DNA of 64,000 bases, taken from positions 37,820,001-37,884,000 of the forward strand of contig NC_043015.1 of NCBI RefSeq assembly GCF_006345805.1. The letters run 5' to 3'. The DNA comes from Octopus sinensis (Eukaryota). Made by a program: the position numbers and the translations under genes. Positions within the stretch are counted from its first letter, which is position 1; each line of letters starts with the position of its first letter. A model generated the notes under the pieces. The model was not told the origin of the DNA. It saw only the letters and a list, made by a program, of their open reading frames with translations, and made no database searches. This document shows positions 37,741 through 49,633 of the stretch, piece after piece.

Positions 37741-37902
37741 ATGTATTTATGCTGGTATCCGACTTACAACCAAGCTCCACTACATGTACCTCCTGTACAC
37801 CCTCTGCCCACCCTTCCAGCCCCGGGTCCACCACCACCACCCAGTGAGATAATATTACCATTACAGTTTGCCACTGAACAAATTTTCCCTGTCAGTAGGA
37901 AG
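37741..37902 (+). CDS. PTBP1: PTB alternative first coding exon, 54 aa proline-rich N-terminus (MYLCWYPTYNQAPLHVPP...IFPVSRK)
   Basis: ATG at 37741, open for 162 nt to a strong AAG|gtgagt donor in phase 0. Splicing to 43913 gives SRK|RGSEEL. Confidence 0.7.
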
Positions 37903-38005
37903 GTGAGTTTTTCTACCAGATATAAATCAGCATTTTCTATATAAATACGTGTGTCTCTCTCTCTATAAATACGTTTATATATACACATATACACACACAT
38001 ATGTG

Positions 38006-38038
<33 letters not shown>

Positions 38039-38504
38039 TGTATGTCACCTGTTTGGTTCTGTGTATAGATTTGCCATTCGTATACTACTTCTCTTAAGTG
38101 GCCTTCGATTTTTCTATCCAAAACGGTTTACATGCTATTATTTATAGTTTTAGGTGCTTCGAGATCCACTGTTTTTCATAGAGAGACTTCTCACCACTGT
38201 GATTTTGTGTGTATTATGTATAGTTAGATGTATGTATAGAAGTGTAAAATAAGTGTAAAACCCACGAGGTTTCTCTCACATAAAATGTTTTGCTGTGTTT
38301 GTTTTACGAAGTTTTTTTTTTTTTTATTTCTTTAATGTGACTGTGATGTTTCGTTGTCCTGCTACCATCCTCTTGGCTACTGCCCTTTCATGACCCACTA
38401 ATTATGGGAAGGGCATAAATGTCACATAACCACACTTGGAACCTTCTCTCTGAATATGGGTCCTCCTTGTGTGTGTGTTTATAATCTTATATGCTTGCCC
38501 CTCA

Positions 38505-38539
<35 letters not shown>

Positions 38540-38994
38540 GAAACCTGTTCTATTAAATGCTTGCTCCCTTACCTTCCCTTCCCAGCCATTCTCTGATCTT
38601 GTTGTTCCTTTGTGGTTCCTCCCTGAACACCACACAATAAAACCCCAACACAAGCAGCACATGGTGCTTAAGACTTTCCTCTCCCTTACTCCTCTTCTAT
38701 CTTACTTCCCTTTCTGCTTCTTTTGTTTGGCCTTTTTTTCCCTCCTTTTCCATAATAACCACCGCCGCCACCTCCTTCTTCCCCTGCTTCTCCTTTCAGA
38801 TATCTTTTTTCTGCTTTCACTGGCTCTGGGAAGCCTTTTTATTGTTCACCCATGTGTGTGTGTGAATACCAGTCTATGTTGCTGTCTGTATGTAGCCAGA
38901 GCCCGCCAAGTGGTTTCGATTCCCTCAAATTTATTTTAAATGCCCCGGGGGTGGGGGTCTGTAAATATATAATAGTCCCACCTTATTACAGACA

Positions 38995-39125
38995 AACATG
39001 GCTGTGGTTAAGTTTGCTCCCCAACCACGTGGTACCAGGTTCGGTTCTGCTCTGCTGCACCTTGGGCAAAATTTCTTCTATGTCACAAGACTTGGGTTGA
39101 TCACTTGTTAAGAGTGAGAGTCCGT
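38995..39125 (+). mobile_element. SINE family A 5' fragment
   Basis: catggctgtggttaagtttgctccccaaccacgtgg..ggttcggttc..gcaccttgggcaa. Confidence 0.75.
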
Positions 39126-39779
39126 TTGTGTATACATGTTTAATAGTGGTGTAACCCTTTATTTCACAAAAAGAATAAAGGGGTGGTCGATTTCTGCCCC
39201 AGATGTTGATGCCAAAATTGAGAGAAAGTTATAAATTTTGATCACCATTTTATAAACAGGAAGTTTATACCATGGAACCAGGGGTGGTATCACGTTTTGT
39301 GTGTGTGTGTGCCCAGTAACTTAACAGCTTCATTAGATCTGTTGGAATAATGGAATTAAAACAATCTGTAGAAGTTGGGGTCCACTGGCAGAAACTTGTA
39401 AAAAGAATTTTTTTTTTTTTTTCCTTTTTGTAATGAAAAAATTTTCCGTATGTAAAAGTTTGAAGATTCTAATTAGCTGCCAGGCTGACCAACAAGTATG
39501 GGATTTTGATGGTGGTGCTGGTGTGGACAGGTCCCTACTATGAAGACCCCCCTTCCTTTCTTTTCAGGGTTGTTTTTTAAGCATCATCCCCTGGTCTATG
39601 TTTCTATTGAGTCATCATAGCTGTATGTATTGATGACTGGTTTAGGTCACTGCTGCTGCCGCCATTGGGCTTCCATACTAACGTATTGATCCAACTGATC
39701 CAGGAGAAAGTCAATGGATGGATTGTCTTGCTAGTTTTTAATAATTTATACCACACTACACAGCTGGCAGTTGTGCGTC

Positions 39780-40050
39780 AAAGTGCTCAATGACCTTTCT
39801 TGGAACTGCCTTTCATCCTTTCAGAGTCAATACTGACCCTGGTACCAGTTATGTACTGGGCGTCACTACCCCTTAATTTGCTGGTCTGGCACCAGAGTTT
39901 GAAACCTTTATTATTGGGTTTCTAATTTAAACAATGGTCCTGCAGTTGCTATCAGGGGAAAGGACCATCAACGTCCATACTTGATTTTCTCGACAAACCC
40001 TTGATGAGGAAAGTCAAGGTTGCTGACCTTGGCAGAATTTGAACTCTGTG
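39780..40050. mobile_element. Two SINE family M fragments in opposite orientation (~39780-39905 on +, ~39990-40050 on -)
   Basis: gcctttcatcctttcagagtcaat..ggtaccag, then gaccttggcagaatttgaactctg. Confidence 0.6.
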
Positions 40051-41477
40051 GTCAAGGGGAACCCATGACATTTAAGTGTTTCTGCCGCCTCATTGCCATA
40101 ATAATAACTGGAAGGTAACAATAAGAATGTTTGTACAGAGTAGAAATATTAGTGTTGGCAGGAGCAAATTTACCCATTTCTGGGAGCCAGTTGCATGGGA
40201 CCTGGTGGTGATGCTTGTATGTCTATGGTCTGCTCTGCCCTATGTAAGTGTATACAGTCACCACCACTGAAAGAAAAAAAGAAGTTATATCTGGCAAGTT
40301 CAGCAGAGTCCCAGAAGCAATACAGGGAGCCATATGTAGTTGCTGTTGGTTAGAACTGATCTCAGATCCTTTTCAAAACTGGAATTTTCTTGACTGTTGT
40401 CAATTTAGGAACTACATTACTATAATGTGTGTTTTAGAGGACCTTGTAACCCCTTGGTTTGTTCACCAGGTGGTTCCGTGGCAAGAATCTTACTGATGGC
40501 ATTTGTTGTACTTTAATCCAAATATTGTCTTAAGCAGTGGGACTGGGGGGTGTACTCATGTCACTGGAGTACAGTGCATACAAGGGAGATAATCCTACTG
40601 CCAGTGCCCTGTCCTTCCACCTGTCTGCTTCGGCAATAGGTGAAGGTTAACCACTGACTTGGTTCAGGTGGGTTAGTCATGTGTGGGGTGATTCTGTCCA
40701 GCTAACATTATTGCGGGGCGGGGGGAAGCTCTGATGTCTACTGCATCCATCCTACCACTGTCCATATTCTGTAGTTATATAAACATGTTAGATATTTTAT
40801 TTACTGTGAAATAATTGTAAATTTCCTCCCCTCCCCTCACTGGAATTGTTCATGAATCTGTCCCTGGGGTGGTGGAGAGATGTATCATATTTTCAGAAAC
40901 TGTATTCATCCTTTGATGTTTGTTTGGAAAAGCTGGTGTGTTGTTGTTGTTGTTGGGAATGAGATGTGTTAAGTTGCAGAAGCAGCTGTCACTTTTGGTT
41001 TCATGTGGCCCACATTCATTAGCAACAACACTGAGTAACAATTGTAACAGCTGATAAAGTGAGGTGGCGGCCATGGGGGTGGTGGTGGTGGAATGTGTGT
41101 TTTCTGTTCAATTACTTTTGTTGTTGTTGTTGTATAAATTCAGTGGGTGAAGTCAGGCAAGACCTGGTAGTATTCACACATCAATTAATAACTATTGATA
41201 GGGGCCACCCCCACTCCCACCTCAGCAGAGATGAACAATAGCTGGTTCAGTGTGCTCTCTGAGCCTTTCTTGGGAGTGAAGAAGGGTCATGGCAGGAGCA
41301 AAAAATACCATCCCCTTCACTGACCACTGACCAAGAAATTTTCCCTTCACTTTTAAATGGTTTAATGTAAAATTTTAATTCAAAGTAGTTGACATCGCTT
41401 CTGCTTTGCAATGTTTTTAAAATTTGATTTGGTCTACAGCAAGGAGTGGTATATTTTTGTCTAGTTTGTCATTAGAT

Positions 41478-41752
41478 TGTGGCCATGCTGGGGCACCACT
41501 TTGAAGAATTTTAAACCTGCTAGTCTATCACACTCTTTGGCTGCAAGCAGTGATGGTGGAACAAGTACGGAAAAAAGAAGACACATGGCAGGCTTCTTTT
41601 AGTTTCCATCTACCGACTGAATCCACTTACAAGTCTTTGGTTAGTCTTAGGCTGTGGTAGAAGGCACTTGCCTGAGTTTCCACACAGTGGGACTGAGCCT
41701 GGGACCATGCGGTTAGGAAGCAGACTTCTTACCACACAGCCATGCCTGCACC
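41478..41752 (-). mobile_element. SINE family A copy
   Basis: gtggccatgctggggcacc tail and gggactgagcctgggaccatgcggttaggaagc..accacacagccatg head, both reverse complement. Confidence 0.8.
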
Positions 41753-43912
41753 TCAATTTCTGGGGTGGGTGAATTACACGCTTCAGGGTGTGTGGGTGGA
41801 TGATTAAATGATCCGAATTGAAGAACCACAGTGTTTCAGAGAATTGTTTTTTGTAGAGGTTTAAAAGGCAAAGGAAAACCGCTGTTGACTTTCCCCATCA
41901 ATTGGAGTTCCCTCGATGATGGATTTAAGATTTCGTAAAAGCCCCCAGTCACTATTTTAACATACTGACATGATTATGTTGTTAGAATTATCGGCTTTAG
42001 CAATCTGTTCCCATGTTTTGTTTATTTACAGAAAGCTTTTAAAGATTGAAGATGGATGGTGTCAGTGCTTCACCTCTTCCGCTTCTTAAATACTTTCATT
42101 TTTCTCTTCTAATATCCAAAATTTTTTTTCACATCCTGGCACTTTTAATGAAAGCCATAATGTCAGTGTTCCGTACCCCCCCCCCTTTCCTCATCAAACT
42201 TGACTGGAATTATCAGCAAAAGGGATCTGTTTGAACTGATAGCTCTGGCTGGCTGTGCTGCTACTCCTCCTCCTCACTGGCTCTGTCTCTCCATCCATGC
42301 TGCCTGCCTTGTTCCTCCTCCTCCTCTGGCTTACAACTTTCCCCTTTCATGATCTGACAGCTTGCATTAAAGCACTCTACATCAACCTCTCTCAATAATA
42401 CAGTCTGGGCTTGTTCAAATGTCAGGCCAAACTACTGGCTGTTGTTACAACTACATTATTATTCCTTGTGTATAAAAGAGAAGGAGGGGGAAAAAAAAGT
42501 TCCCTTCTGACTGACTCATTCAATATGACTCACGTATTGGGTCCAAAGTGTTTAGCAGAGAAGAAGACAGAACTGCACTGTTGTTGCTGATATATAATAT
42601 ATATACACATAAAACATATACACACACCACACGTGGTGGTGGTGATGGTAGTAAAAGCTATATTTAGTATTACTACTACTACTGTTAGGCCATTAGGCAT
42701 TATGGAAGTATGTAATCAGAGATATTAGGTAAGAAGTGTTTCATTTACTGCGTGTGAATTGTGGATCGTTAGTCAGTTTTTCAATAATTATCAATATGAC
42801 TGAACGAAGAAATCATTTAAATTGTATGGTGTTGTATTGTTGGTGATGACCTACTCAAGTTTTGGGAACGTAGGTGTGAGTGTGAGAGATATTTTTATGT
42901 ATTGACATTTCAAAACTGGACTTCATTTAGGATGGTTTGTATTGAATGTCTTTGTGTATATAAATGTCTATACACACAACACAGGTCTTGTTATTTGAGT
43001 GAACTCTTTATGTCTCTGTATTATGTACTCAGGTTCAATGATTCATGAGTATTTTCTGTTAAACGTGTTTGCCAGTTACTGGCTTCCCATGCACACACAC
43101 ACACACACACACACATTCCTCAGTGTTTACAATTCTCTCTGCAATTTAGTATTAAAACTTACTCTCCCATTATCTGGCAATTTTCTGATTTAAAAACCAT
43201 AATCTGTAGCAGTGTCGTTGCTAAATTTATGGTATATTAGCAACTGGCAGTAATGTAGTAGTCACCACCACCACCACCACCACAAAGGGTGAGAGTTGTG
43301 TCTGCAGCTGTATCTAATAGCTACCTTTTCCTCTCTCCCTCTTCAGTGCCAGTGGGTACGGGGCTTGTATTGCAACCATTTAAATTGAAGATGGCGCTGA
43401 AATGGTTAACATAATTATGGCTGTTGCGTCTCCCTCCATGCACCAATGCACTATTAATTAATAAGCCACTTGCTGGCTCTGTTTCATTTAGCACAACTTA
43501 ATGAGACACTTGGCTTCATTCATTAATTGTTAACGAGGCAAGAGTATTTGGTTTAGGCTTTGCTTTGGTTTGTTTTATCTTTTCTGCTTCTCGGAATTCT
43601 CGACTGGTCAGTCGGTACTTACTTATAACATTGGAATTCAGTGTGGTGTGTGCAGTTGGTGTTTGTTCTAAGAAATGCAGTCGGCTTGTGGGGCGGCAGG
43701 CAGGGGTGGATGCCGACATTTATAATGAATAACCTCTCAATTGTTTGAGCAAGTCTTACCGGGCAAATCAATTGCTTTTCAATTCTGTGTGAGTACTGAG
43801 TTTTCTGTCAATGAATACAGAATTAACACAATCCCCACCAAAAAAAGAAAAAATTGTTGGATAATATTACAGTTTTTGTTGATTTGTGACATTGCTGCCT
43901 ATTTTATTACAG

Positions 43913-44017
43913 AGAGGATCGGAAGAACTTATGTCCCACAGCCCAATGGTTACGAACGGGACCGGGATGAGCCCCCACCACGTGGATAGTGCAGATATGA
44001 ACAATGATGCCAAAAAG
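43913..44017 (+). CDS. PTBP1: PTB exon RGSEELMSHSPMVTNGTGMSPHHVDSADMNNDAKK
   Basis: ttacag| acceptor, AAG|gtaagg donor, 105 nt. Matches human RGSDEL...VTNG...NGNDSKK. Confidence 0.95.
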
Positions 44018-44768
44018 GTAAGGAGTTTTGTGAACTTTTGCATGTTACTCTTTATATGTATTCCCCCAGTGTGCTTGTAACTTGGAATATTGAAGTCCCT
44101 CCCTGATTAGTCGCGTGTGGTGGTGATGTTAGCTGGCAACTTAGTGCTTCTTTGTGTCTGGCCATGTGTTTCTGCTACGAATATCAAGTGAAACTAGTTG
44201 TGTGCAAGTGTGGGTGCTGAAGTTGTTAGGAGAGGCCAGACGGTGATGAGAAATTGTAGCGTATAGATACAAACGTTAAGTGTAGGTGCCCGTGTCCCAA
44301 ATACACATCTTGTCTGTTTTGTTGCCGTTGCAAACTGGAATTATATTCTCGTTATTAATGTTAGGAATTCCTCTTTTTTATATATTGGGACCTTACTGTG
44401 TTTGTGTGATAACTCTGGAATTGTGGTGTTTTAGTACATACAAATATTTCCTATCAATATTTAGTGATGTTCATTTATACACTGTTGAGAACTGTTCAGT
44501 TTCTACACTCATTCTTGGATGAATTATTTCGCTCTCCCTCTCTCTCACTCCCCCTTCCCTCCCTCCCTTGGCAGTGTAACTGTGGCTGGCAGGGTGTTTA
44601 TTTCTTGCATTCTGTTTGTGTAATTAATCGCATCAGACCATCAGTCCATTTCATTGCTGATGATAATCTTGGATGAATAAAGAGTTGTTAATAAGTAAAA
44701 CATTTGTTTTGTTAATATTTTCCATAGAAATATGAAATAAAATGTTTTTTTTCTTTTTAAACTTGTAG

Positions 44769-44918
44769 GTAAAACTGGAGCAGAGCCAGGCAGCTACAGT
44801 GTCTAAAGTTGTTCATCTGCGTGGTCTCCCAATAGAGGCATCTGACCAAGATGTTATTCCTCTTGGCATACCTTTTGGCCGCATAACCAATTTTCTACTC
44901 CTGAAGCAAAAGAATCAG
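44769..44918 (+). CDS. PTBP1: PTB exon, RRM1 N-half (VKLEQSQAATVSKVVHLRGLP...LLKQKNQ)
   Basis: ttgtag| acceptor, CAG|gtatgc donor, 150 nt. Homologous to SRVIHIRKLP...GLPFGKVTNLLMLKGKNQ. Confidence 0.96.
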
Positions 44919-45012
44919 GTATGCATTCACCTTTTAATTTCTTTGCAATTCACACTCGAGTAGAGTTTTCCACTTTGCTTGGCCTTCATCCCTTTGAATG
45001 ATCTGTGAAATG

Positions 45013-45042
<30 letters not shown>
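45013..45042. repeat. (CAT)10 microsatellite just upstream of an exon acceptor
   Basis: Direct inspection. Confidence 0.95.
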
Positions 45043-45043
<1 letters not shown>

Positions 45044-45085
45044 TTGGTTGCAAACTTAATCTTTGCCTTTTGTTTTTGTCTGTAG

Positions 45086-45232
45086 GCTTTCATGGAATTC
45101 TCAGACGAGAGACAAGCAGAATCAATGGTGTTATATTACACAAACGACAAACCTAGAGTACGCAACAAAGATGTCTATGTCCAGTTTTCCAACCACAAGG
45201 AGTTGAAGATAGACGTAGCACATCCTTATCAA
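45086..45232 (+). CDS. PTBP1: PTB exon, RRM1 C-half (AFMEFSDERQ...VQFSNHKELKIDVAHPYQ)
   Basis: ctgtag| acceptor, CAA|gtgggt donor, 147 nt, QFSNHKELK motif. Confidence 0.95.
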
Positions 45233-45331
45233 GTGGGTTCACTACTGTTTTCTTACTTACTACTACTACTACTACTACTGCTACTGCTGCTGCTGTAGTG
45301 TTTTCTCTCACCTGTAAACCTCTAAATTAAA

Positions 45332-45519
45332 TTTCATTTCTCAACTGGGGTCCGTACAAGAAAAAAATGGCAAATTGGATCCATGAAAAAATGTTGCTTT
45401 GGGTGTGTTTCTACAGACTTTTGGAAGGGACATCTTTGAAGTAAGATTGGTTTGGGGATCCACCAGAGTAAAATGGGTCATCAATAGGTTCAAAAATAAA
45501 AAGTGGTTGAGAATGACTG
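45332..45519. mobile_element. hAT/Charlie-type MITE, same family as 15446
   Basis: tttctcaactggggtccgt...aagtggttgagaatgactg; left TIR decayed. Confidence 0.65.
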
Positions 45520-45584
45520 TCCTGGTGTCAGGAATGTGTTCTGCCCAGAAACTCCTCTGGGTTGGTGCTTGTCCCTGTTTGTAG

Positions 45585-45780
45585 CAGTAAAACAAGTGAG
45601 GATGTTGAATGGGATGCCAGTCTATCGCAGGGTTGGGTCACACAGCTCCTGCTGTTGGCGCTCATTTTCAGATAAACAGGCTGCAGCCAATGTAGAGTGC
45701 AATGACTTGCCCAAGGGCATTATATACGGTCCAGTCAGAGGAGGATTGATCCAATATCCCCTTAACCTTTAGGCCACATA
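45585..45780 (-). mobile_element. Degenerate CORE-type SINE of a different family
   Basis: Reverse complement contains cccttgggcaagtcattgcactct..aaccctgcgatagactggcatccc. Confidence 0.55.
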
Positions 45781-46108
45781 CATTCACTATAACGTTCGGC
45801 AAGGGTTTACTTTTATCATGAATTTAAATTTCTCTAACCTCCTCCTGTTCTATGGTGACTCGTGTTTCTAGAACTGGCTTTTATGGTCAGCTGCATTCTC
45901 TGATAGTCAACTGCCAAAATGTGCGAGTGTGATTCTGTGGTGCAGGTAAGGTTTTCTGTTGACGTGACTTCTTCTCTGGTGCACACAACGAGTGAAGAAT
46001 GTGTTGGGGTTCTTTCTGCCATTTGTTCTATACTCAAAGATTAATCTCCTGCGATATTTTCCATTTTGTTTGTATATCTTGTCCTCCAACGTTCCTGTTG
46101 TTTTCCAG

Positions 46109-46240
46109 AACACAAATACTCAAGCAGCTTTGCAGGCTGCACAGGCCATCATGGGAAGTCCAGAGGAAATGAACAAGACCATTCTGAGAGTTATTATAGA
46201 TAACATGGTGTTCCAAATCAACATAGACATTCTGTATCAG
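46109..46240 (+). CDS. PTBP1: PTB exon, RRM1-2 linker and RRM2 start (NTNTQAALQAA...TILRVIIDNMVFQINIDILYQ)
   Basis: ttccag| acceptor, CAG|gtaaag donor, 132 nt. Confidence 0.96.
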
Positions 46241-46349
46241 GTAAAGATGATAACGAGATTTATAATTACGGCTTTGATGTAATCAAGATTCATTGATGTC
46301 TTTGAATTAATCAATCATGTGACCACCACTTCTGGTCTGTTTTTTTCAG

Positions 46350-46401
46350 ATATTTTGCAAATTTGGGACGATTCAGAAGATTATTACATTCACAAAAAAT
46401 A
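46350..46401 (+). CDS. PTBP1: PTB exon, RRM2 (IFCKFGTIQKIITFTKN)
   Basis: tttcag| acceptor, A|gtgagt donor, 52 nt, phase 0 to 1. Confidence 0.96.
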
Positions 46402-46840
46402 GTGAGTATATTTCTTTGAAGTTTGTTTCCTAAAGAAATAGGTGGCAGGAGCACTCTTACAATGTTAAAGACTTAACCCTTGCTTCTCTGACAACAAATC
46501 CCATCAAAGTGTACACACTCTCTATTGGTGCCACTTCTCCTCAAAATGTCGCCGCTCTTTTTAATTGCAAAACAGCCAGCATGATACACCGTTCAATTTA
46601 AAATGGAGTTTTTTTTTTTGTTTTTTTTCTTCCCCTCACAGTTAAGCAAATTTGAAAGGGAGTGTGGCTACCAACATAATTTTGCATGAGACATTTTTTT
46701 TGTAAAGTTGCATTCAGACTCCTGACGATGTTTTAGTAATCCCCCACCAAATTCAAAATCAAATAAGTCTTAGATAATGTATCTCCTGCAAAACCTGCTT
46801 CTGACAAAGCTAACTGGGCTTCCAACTCTTTTCTTCATAG

Positions 46841-46899
46841 ATACCTATCAGGCCGTCATACAGTTTAGCGACCCAGTCAGTGCAAGAAGTGCCCGAATG
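46841..46899 (+). CDS. PTBP1: PTB exon, RRM2 (NTYQAVIQFSDPVSARSARM)
   Basis: tcatag| acceptor, ATG|gtaagt donor, 59 nt, phase 1 to 0. Confidence 0.96.
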
Positions 46900-47519
46900 G
46901 TAAGTACAGTTTTTCACATCTGTGAAGGGTTTACCCCCTGTAGTTCATGTTGGCAGTTATTTTGAATCCTTGTTCGTACTTAGGTTAGTGGCTGCTTAGA
47001 AAAGCTGCAGTCGTAGCTGAGTGGTGAAGGAGTTTGTTTTTCAACTTTGTGGTTCGGATTGTCCCACTTTGCAAGCACCTTGAACAAATGGTTTTAAAGC
47101 TCTGAGCTGTCTATGAAATGTTGCAAGTGGATTTTATAAGCAGAAGTGTGTGTGTGTGTGTGTGTGTGTCTGACCTGTGCTAGTAGAAGTCAGCTATAAT
47201 TAAGGGCTAAGTGAAACCTGGATTCCTGTATTTTCTCTTCTAAGCAGAAATGTCAGCTGATGCCCCCCCCCCCAAAAAAAAAAAAACTAGTTCTAGCATG
47301 GCCATTGATCTAATGCAGGGTTGGCAAAGTAGTTAATACTGTTGAGGGTCACTTTGGCTATTTAAGATCCCAGAAAAAAATGTTAAGTTTTAAACGCTGT
47401 GAAGATAGTGTGGATATAAATTTAGAAGAGCATGAAGAATTTAAGGCTAAAAATTCAATAATTTCCATCCAAAACCTTGATGCAATCAACCCATATTCAC
47501 CAAATTCCAAGTACCATCC

Positions 47520-47672
47520 TCTTCATCATCCAACATCTTTTCCATGCTGGCATGGATGGCTTGGACAGTTTGAGAGGTGCTGGAGAGCTACACCAGACTC
47601 TGGCAGGGTTTATATGGCTTGATACCCTCCCCAATGCCCAAAATGAACCGGGTGCTTCTTATGTGGCACCCC
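47520..47672 (-). mobile_element. Family C copy, degenerate
   Basis: catcatccaacatcttttccatgctggcatgg..ggacagtttg..gggtgcttcttatgtggcacc. Confidence 0.7.
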
Positions 47673-47758
47673 CTTTAGCATTTAAACTAACCTGATCTGG
47701 CATGTCAAACATTTTGTAATTTTCATTCAGAAATTTGTATGATGGCCACTGGTGGGAT

Positions 47759-47880
47759 GGGTGAGGTCAGTGATAGAAGTTTACTGGCCCCTACTGGTGG
47801 GGTGGGTGAGGTCAGTGATAGAAGTTTACTGGCCCCTACTGGTGGGTGAGGTCAGTGATAGAAGTTTACTGGCCCCTACT
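47759..47880. repeat. Three identical 37-nt units with 8- and 3-nt G-rich spacers
   Basis: gggtgaggtcagtgatagaagtttactggcccctact at 47759, 47804 and 47844. Confidence 0.95.
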
Positions 47881-47906
47881 CCAATGGTTTGGTTTCTCTC
47901 TTGTAG

Positions 47907-48069
47907 ACTTTGGATGGTCAGAATATTTACAATGGGTGCTGTACGATGAGAATTGATTATTCAAAAATGACGAGTCTTAATGTAAAGTACAATAATGAGA
48001 AGAGCCGAGACTACACCAATCCCAGCCTCCCTGCTGGTGACGCTTCCGTGGATCAGGCTTTGACTTTTG
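47907..48069 (+). CDS. PTBP1: PTB exon, RRM2 end ([20 protein letters not shown]...DQALTF)
   Basis: ttgtag| acceptor, G|gtaagt donor, 163 nt, near-identical to vertebrate PTB. Confidence 0.97.
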
Positions 48070-49357
48070 GTAAGTACACTTCCATCGAATCCATCAGTCC
48101 TTATTCTTGTGCATGTTATGAGAAGAGTATAAAACCGGAAATATGTAAACAGTTGCAAGACTGTCGTTATTAGAAATGATTTCTACTTTACATTTTACCC
48201 TTCATTGCTTTAATTACACTAATTTAAAGACAATTAAAGCCATTGTTAAGCTCAGTGTTTTGTGACTTCTGTGAAGCACTTTCTTCGTACTAATATCAAC
48301 ACAAATCATATCTTTACTTTTGGTTTTGTTTTCTTTTCCATTTCATCTCTGTATGTGTGTATACACACACGTATATACACCTAACATTCATTCCAAGCTG
48401 ACGGTTCGCTGTTATTACTCAGTTTTAGACAAACGTCTGATATATTTCTACCTTGTATTGTTTCTTTTTGTGTTCTTCCATTTTTTTATATATACATGTG
48501 TGTACACGCATACTACAACACACATGCACACACACACTTGTGAAATGTACTGAAAAGCGATTTTCCAATCAACTCATGAATTTCTTTCTTTTTCTAATTC
48601 TGTTTCTGCCATGAATTAACCATTTCTTGAGACACTCTGAATGTGTTTGGTGTGCGAGCAAGAGAGAAATGTTCTGAACTCGAGTTTCTTCCCACGGATA
48701 TGATTGTCTGTTTTTTCCATCTCTTTCTGTTGTGCTTCTTGCTCTTACCATCATCGTCATCCATCTTATCTCATTTGTGCACCTAATGTTTTTGGCCTTG
48801 GACTCGCCTTCGCACTGGAAGGCAGGAAACCCTCCCACCTCCAATGCTTGGTTGCTCTGCTCACCTGCTTTTATTCTTCCTCGACTACCCTACCTTCCTT
48901 CCCATCCATGTTCTTCCTCATCTGACCCTGTCGAAGAAATCAATTTAACCAACTTTAGTGCTACACAGACACAAATTTTTGGCCAGTCCATGTTGCATGA
49001 AATATCTTGTCTAATGAAATCCATTTTGGGGCAAAGTTGGCCAGGCTCTTAATTTAAGATTTCATTCTTTTTATCGTTATTTTTATTATTAATTTTTATA
49101 TTTATTTTAGCGTATGTTCCATCTAAGCTACTAATTATGAGTAATCTCAAGTTTTAACAGTGAAATACTTTTATAAATTCTACATATTCTGTACAGGTAT
49201 GCGTTTAGCATATCAGATAAAACTCGTTGGTCGTCAGATGCTTTTCGATTAAGAGTTTCTCGTGAACTCAACTCTAGATGGAACGTATGCAAGAGTCCAG
49301 TTGGTGTTGTTAAAGCGTTGGATTAATCGCATGCTCCTTGTTTACGAATGTGTTAAG

Positions 49358-49480
49358 GTTCCCCTGGTGTGTTGTCGTCGACAATTGCAGCTGTGCCTGG
49401 CCTAGGAACTGCCCCACTAACCACATTTGGTGCCGCACCCGGAGCTACGCTGCTTTCTGACCCCAGTCAGCAGTATATTG
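49358..49480 (+). CDS. PTBP1: Probable PTB RRM2-RRM3 linker exon (GSPGVLSSTIAAVPGLGTAPLTTFGAAPGATLLSDPSQQYI); 3' boundary uncertain
   Basis: ttaag| acceptor in phase 1, open Ala/Gly/Pro-rich frame resembling vertebrate alternative exon 9 (GAPGIIS...). Only weak donors: 49465, 49480, 49507, 49540 (phase 1) and 49472 (phase 2). Confidence 0.65.
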
Positions 49481-49592
49481 GTGCTGATATGCAGATCTGC
49501 ACTTCTGGTAGTGTAGCATTTTTAATTTTGATAAGCCAGGGTGGTAGTTTTGAACATGCATGCTTCTAATATCTCTTTTGTGTTTGGTCTAT

Positions 49593-49633
<41 letters not shown>

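Noticed and set aside
42052-42066. ATG GAT GGT|gtcagt resembling the human MDG start
   Set aside because: It lies downstream of the exon-2 equivalent, the donor is mediocre, and there is no promoter-like context. Likely chance.
47759-47880. CRISPR-like look of 37-nt direct repeats
   Set aside because: Spacers are only 8 and 3 nt and not unique, the context is a eukaryotic intron, and there are no cas genes. It is a tandem duplication.
48685-49052. AG-free tract and open frame (APNVFGLGLAF) faintly like the PTB linker
   Set aside because: There is no acceptor AG in front of the similar segment and no convincing donor.
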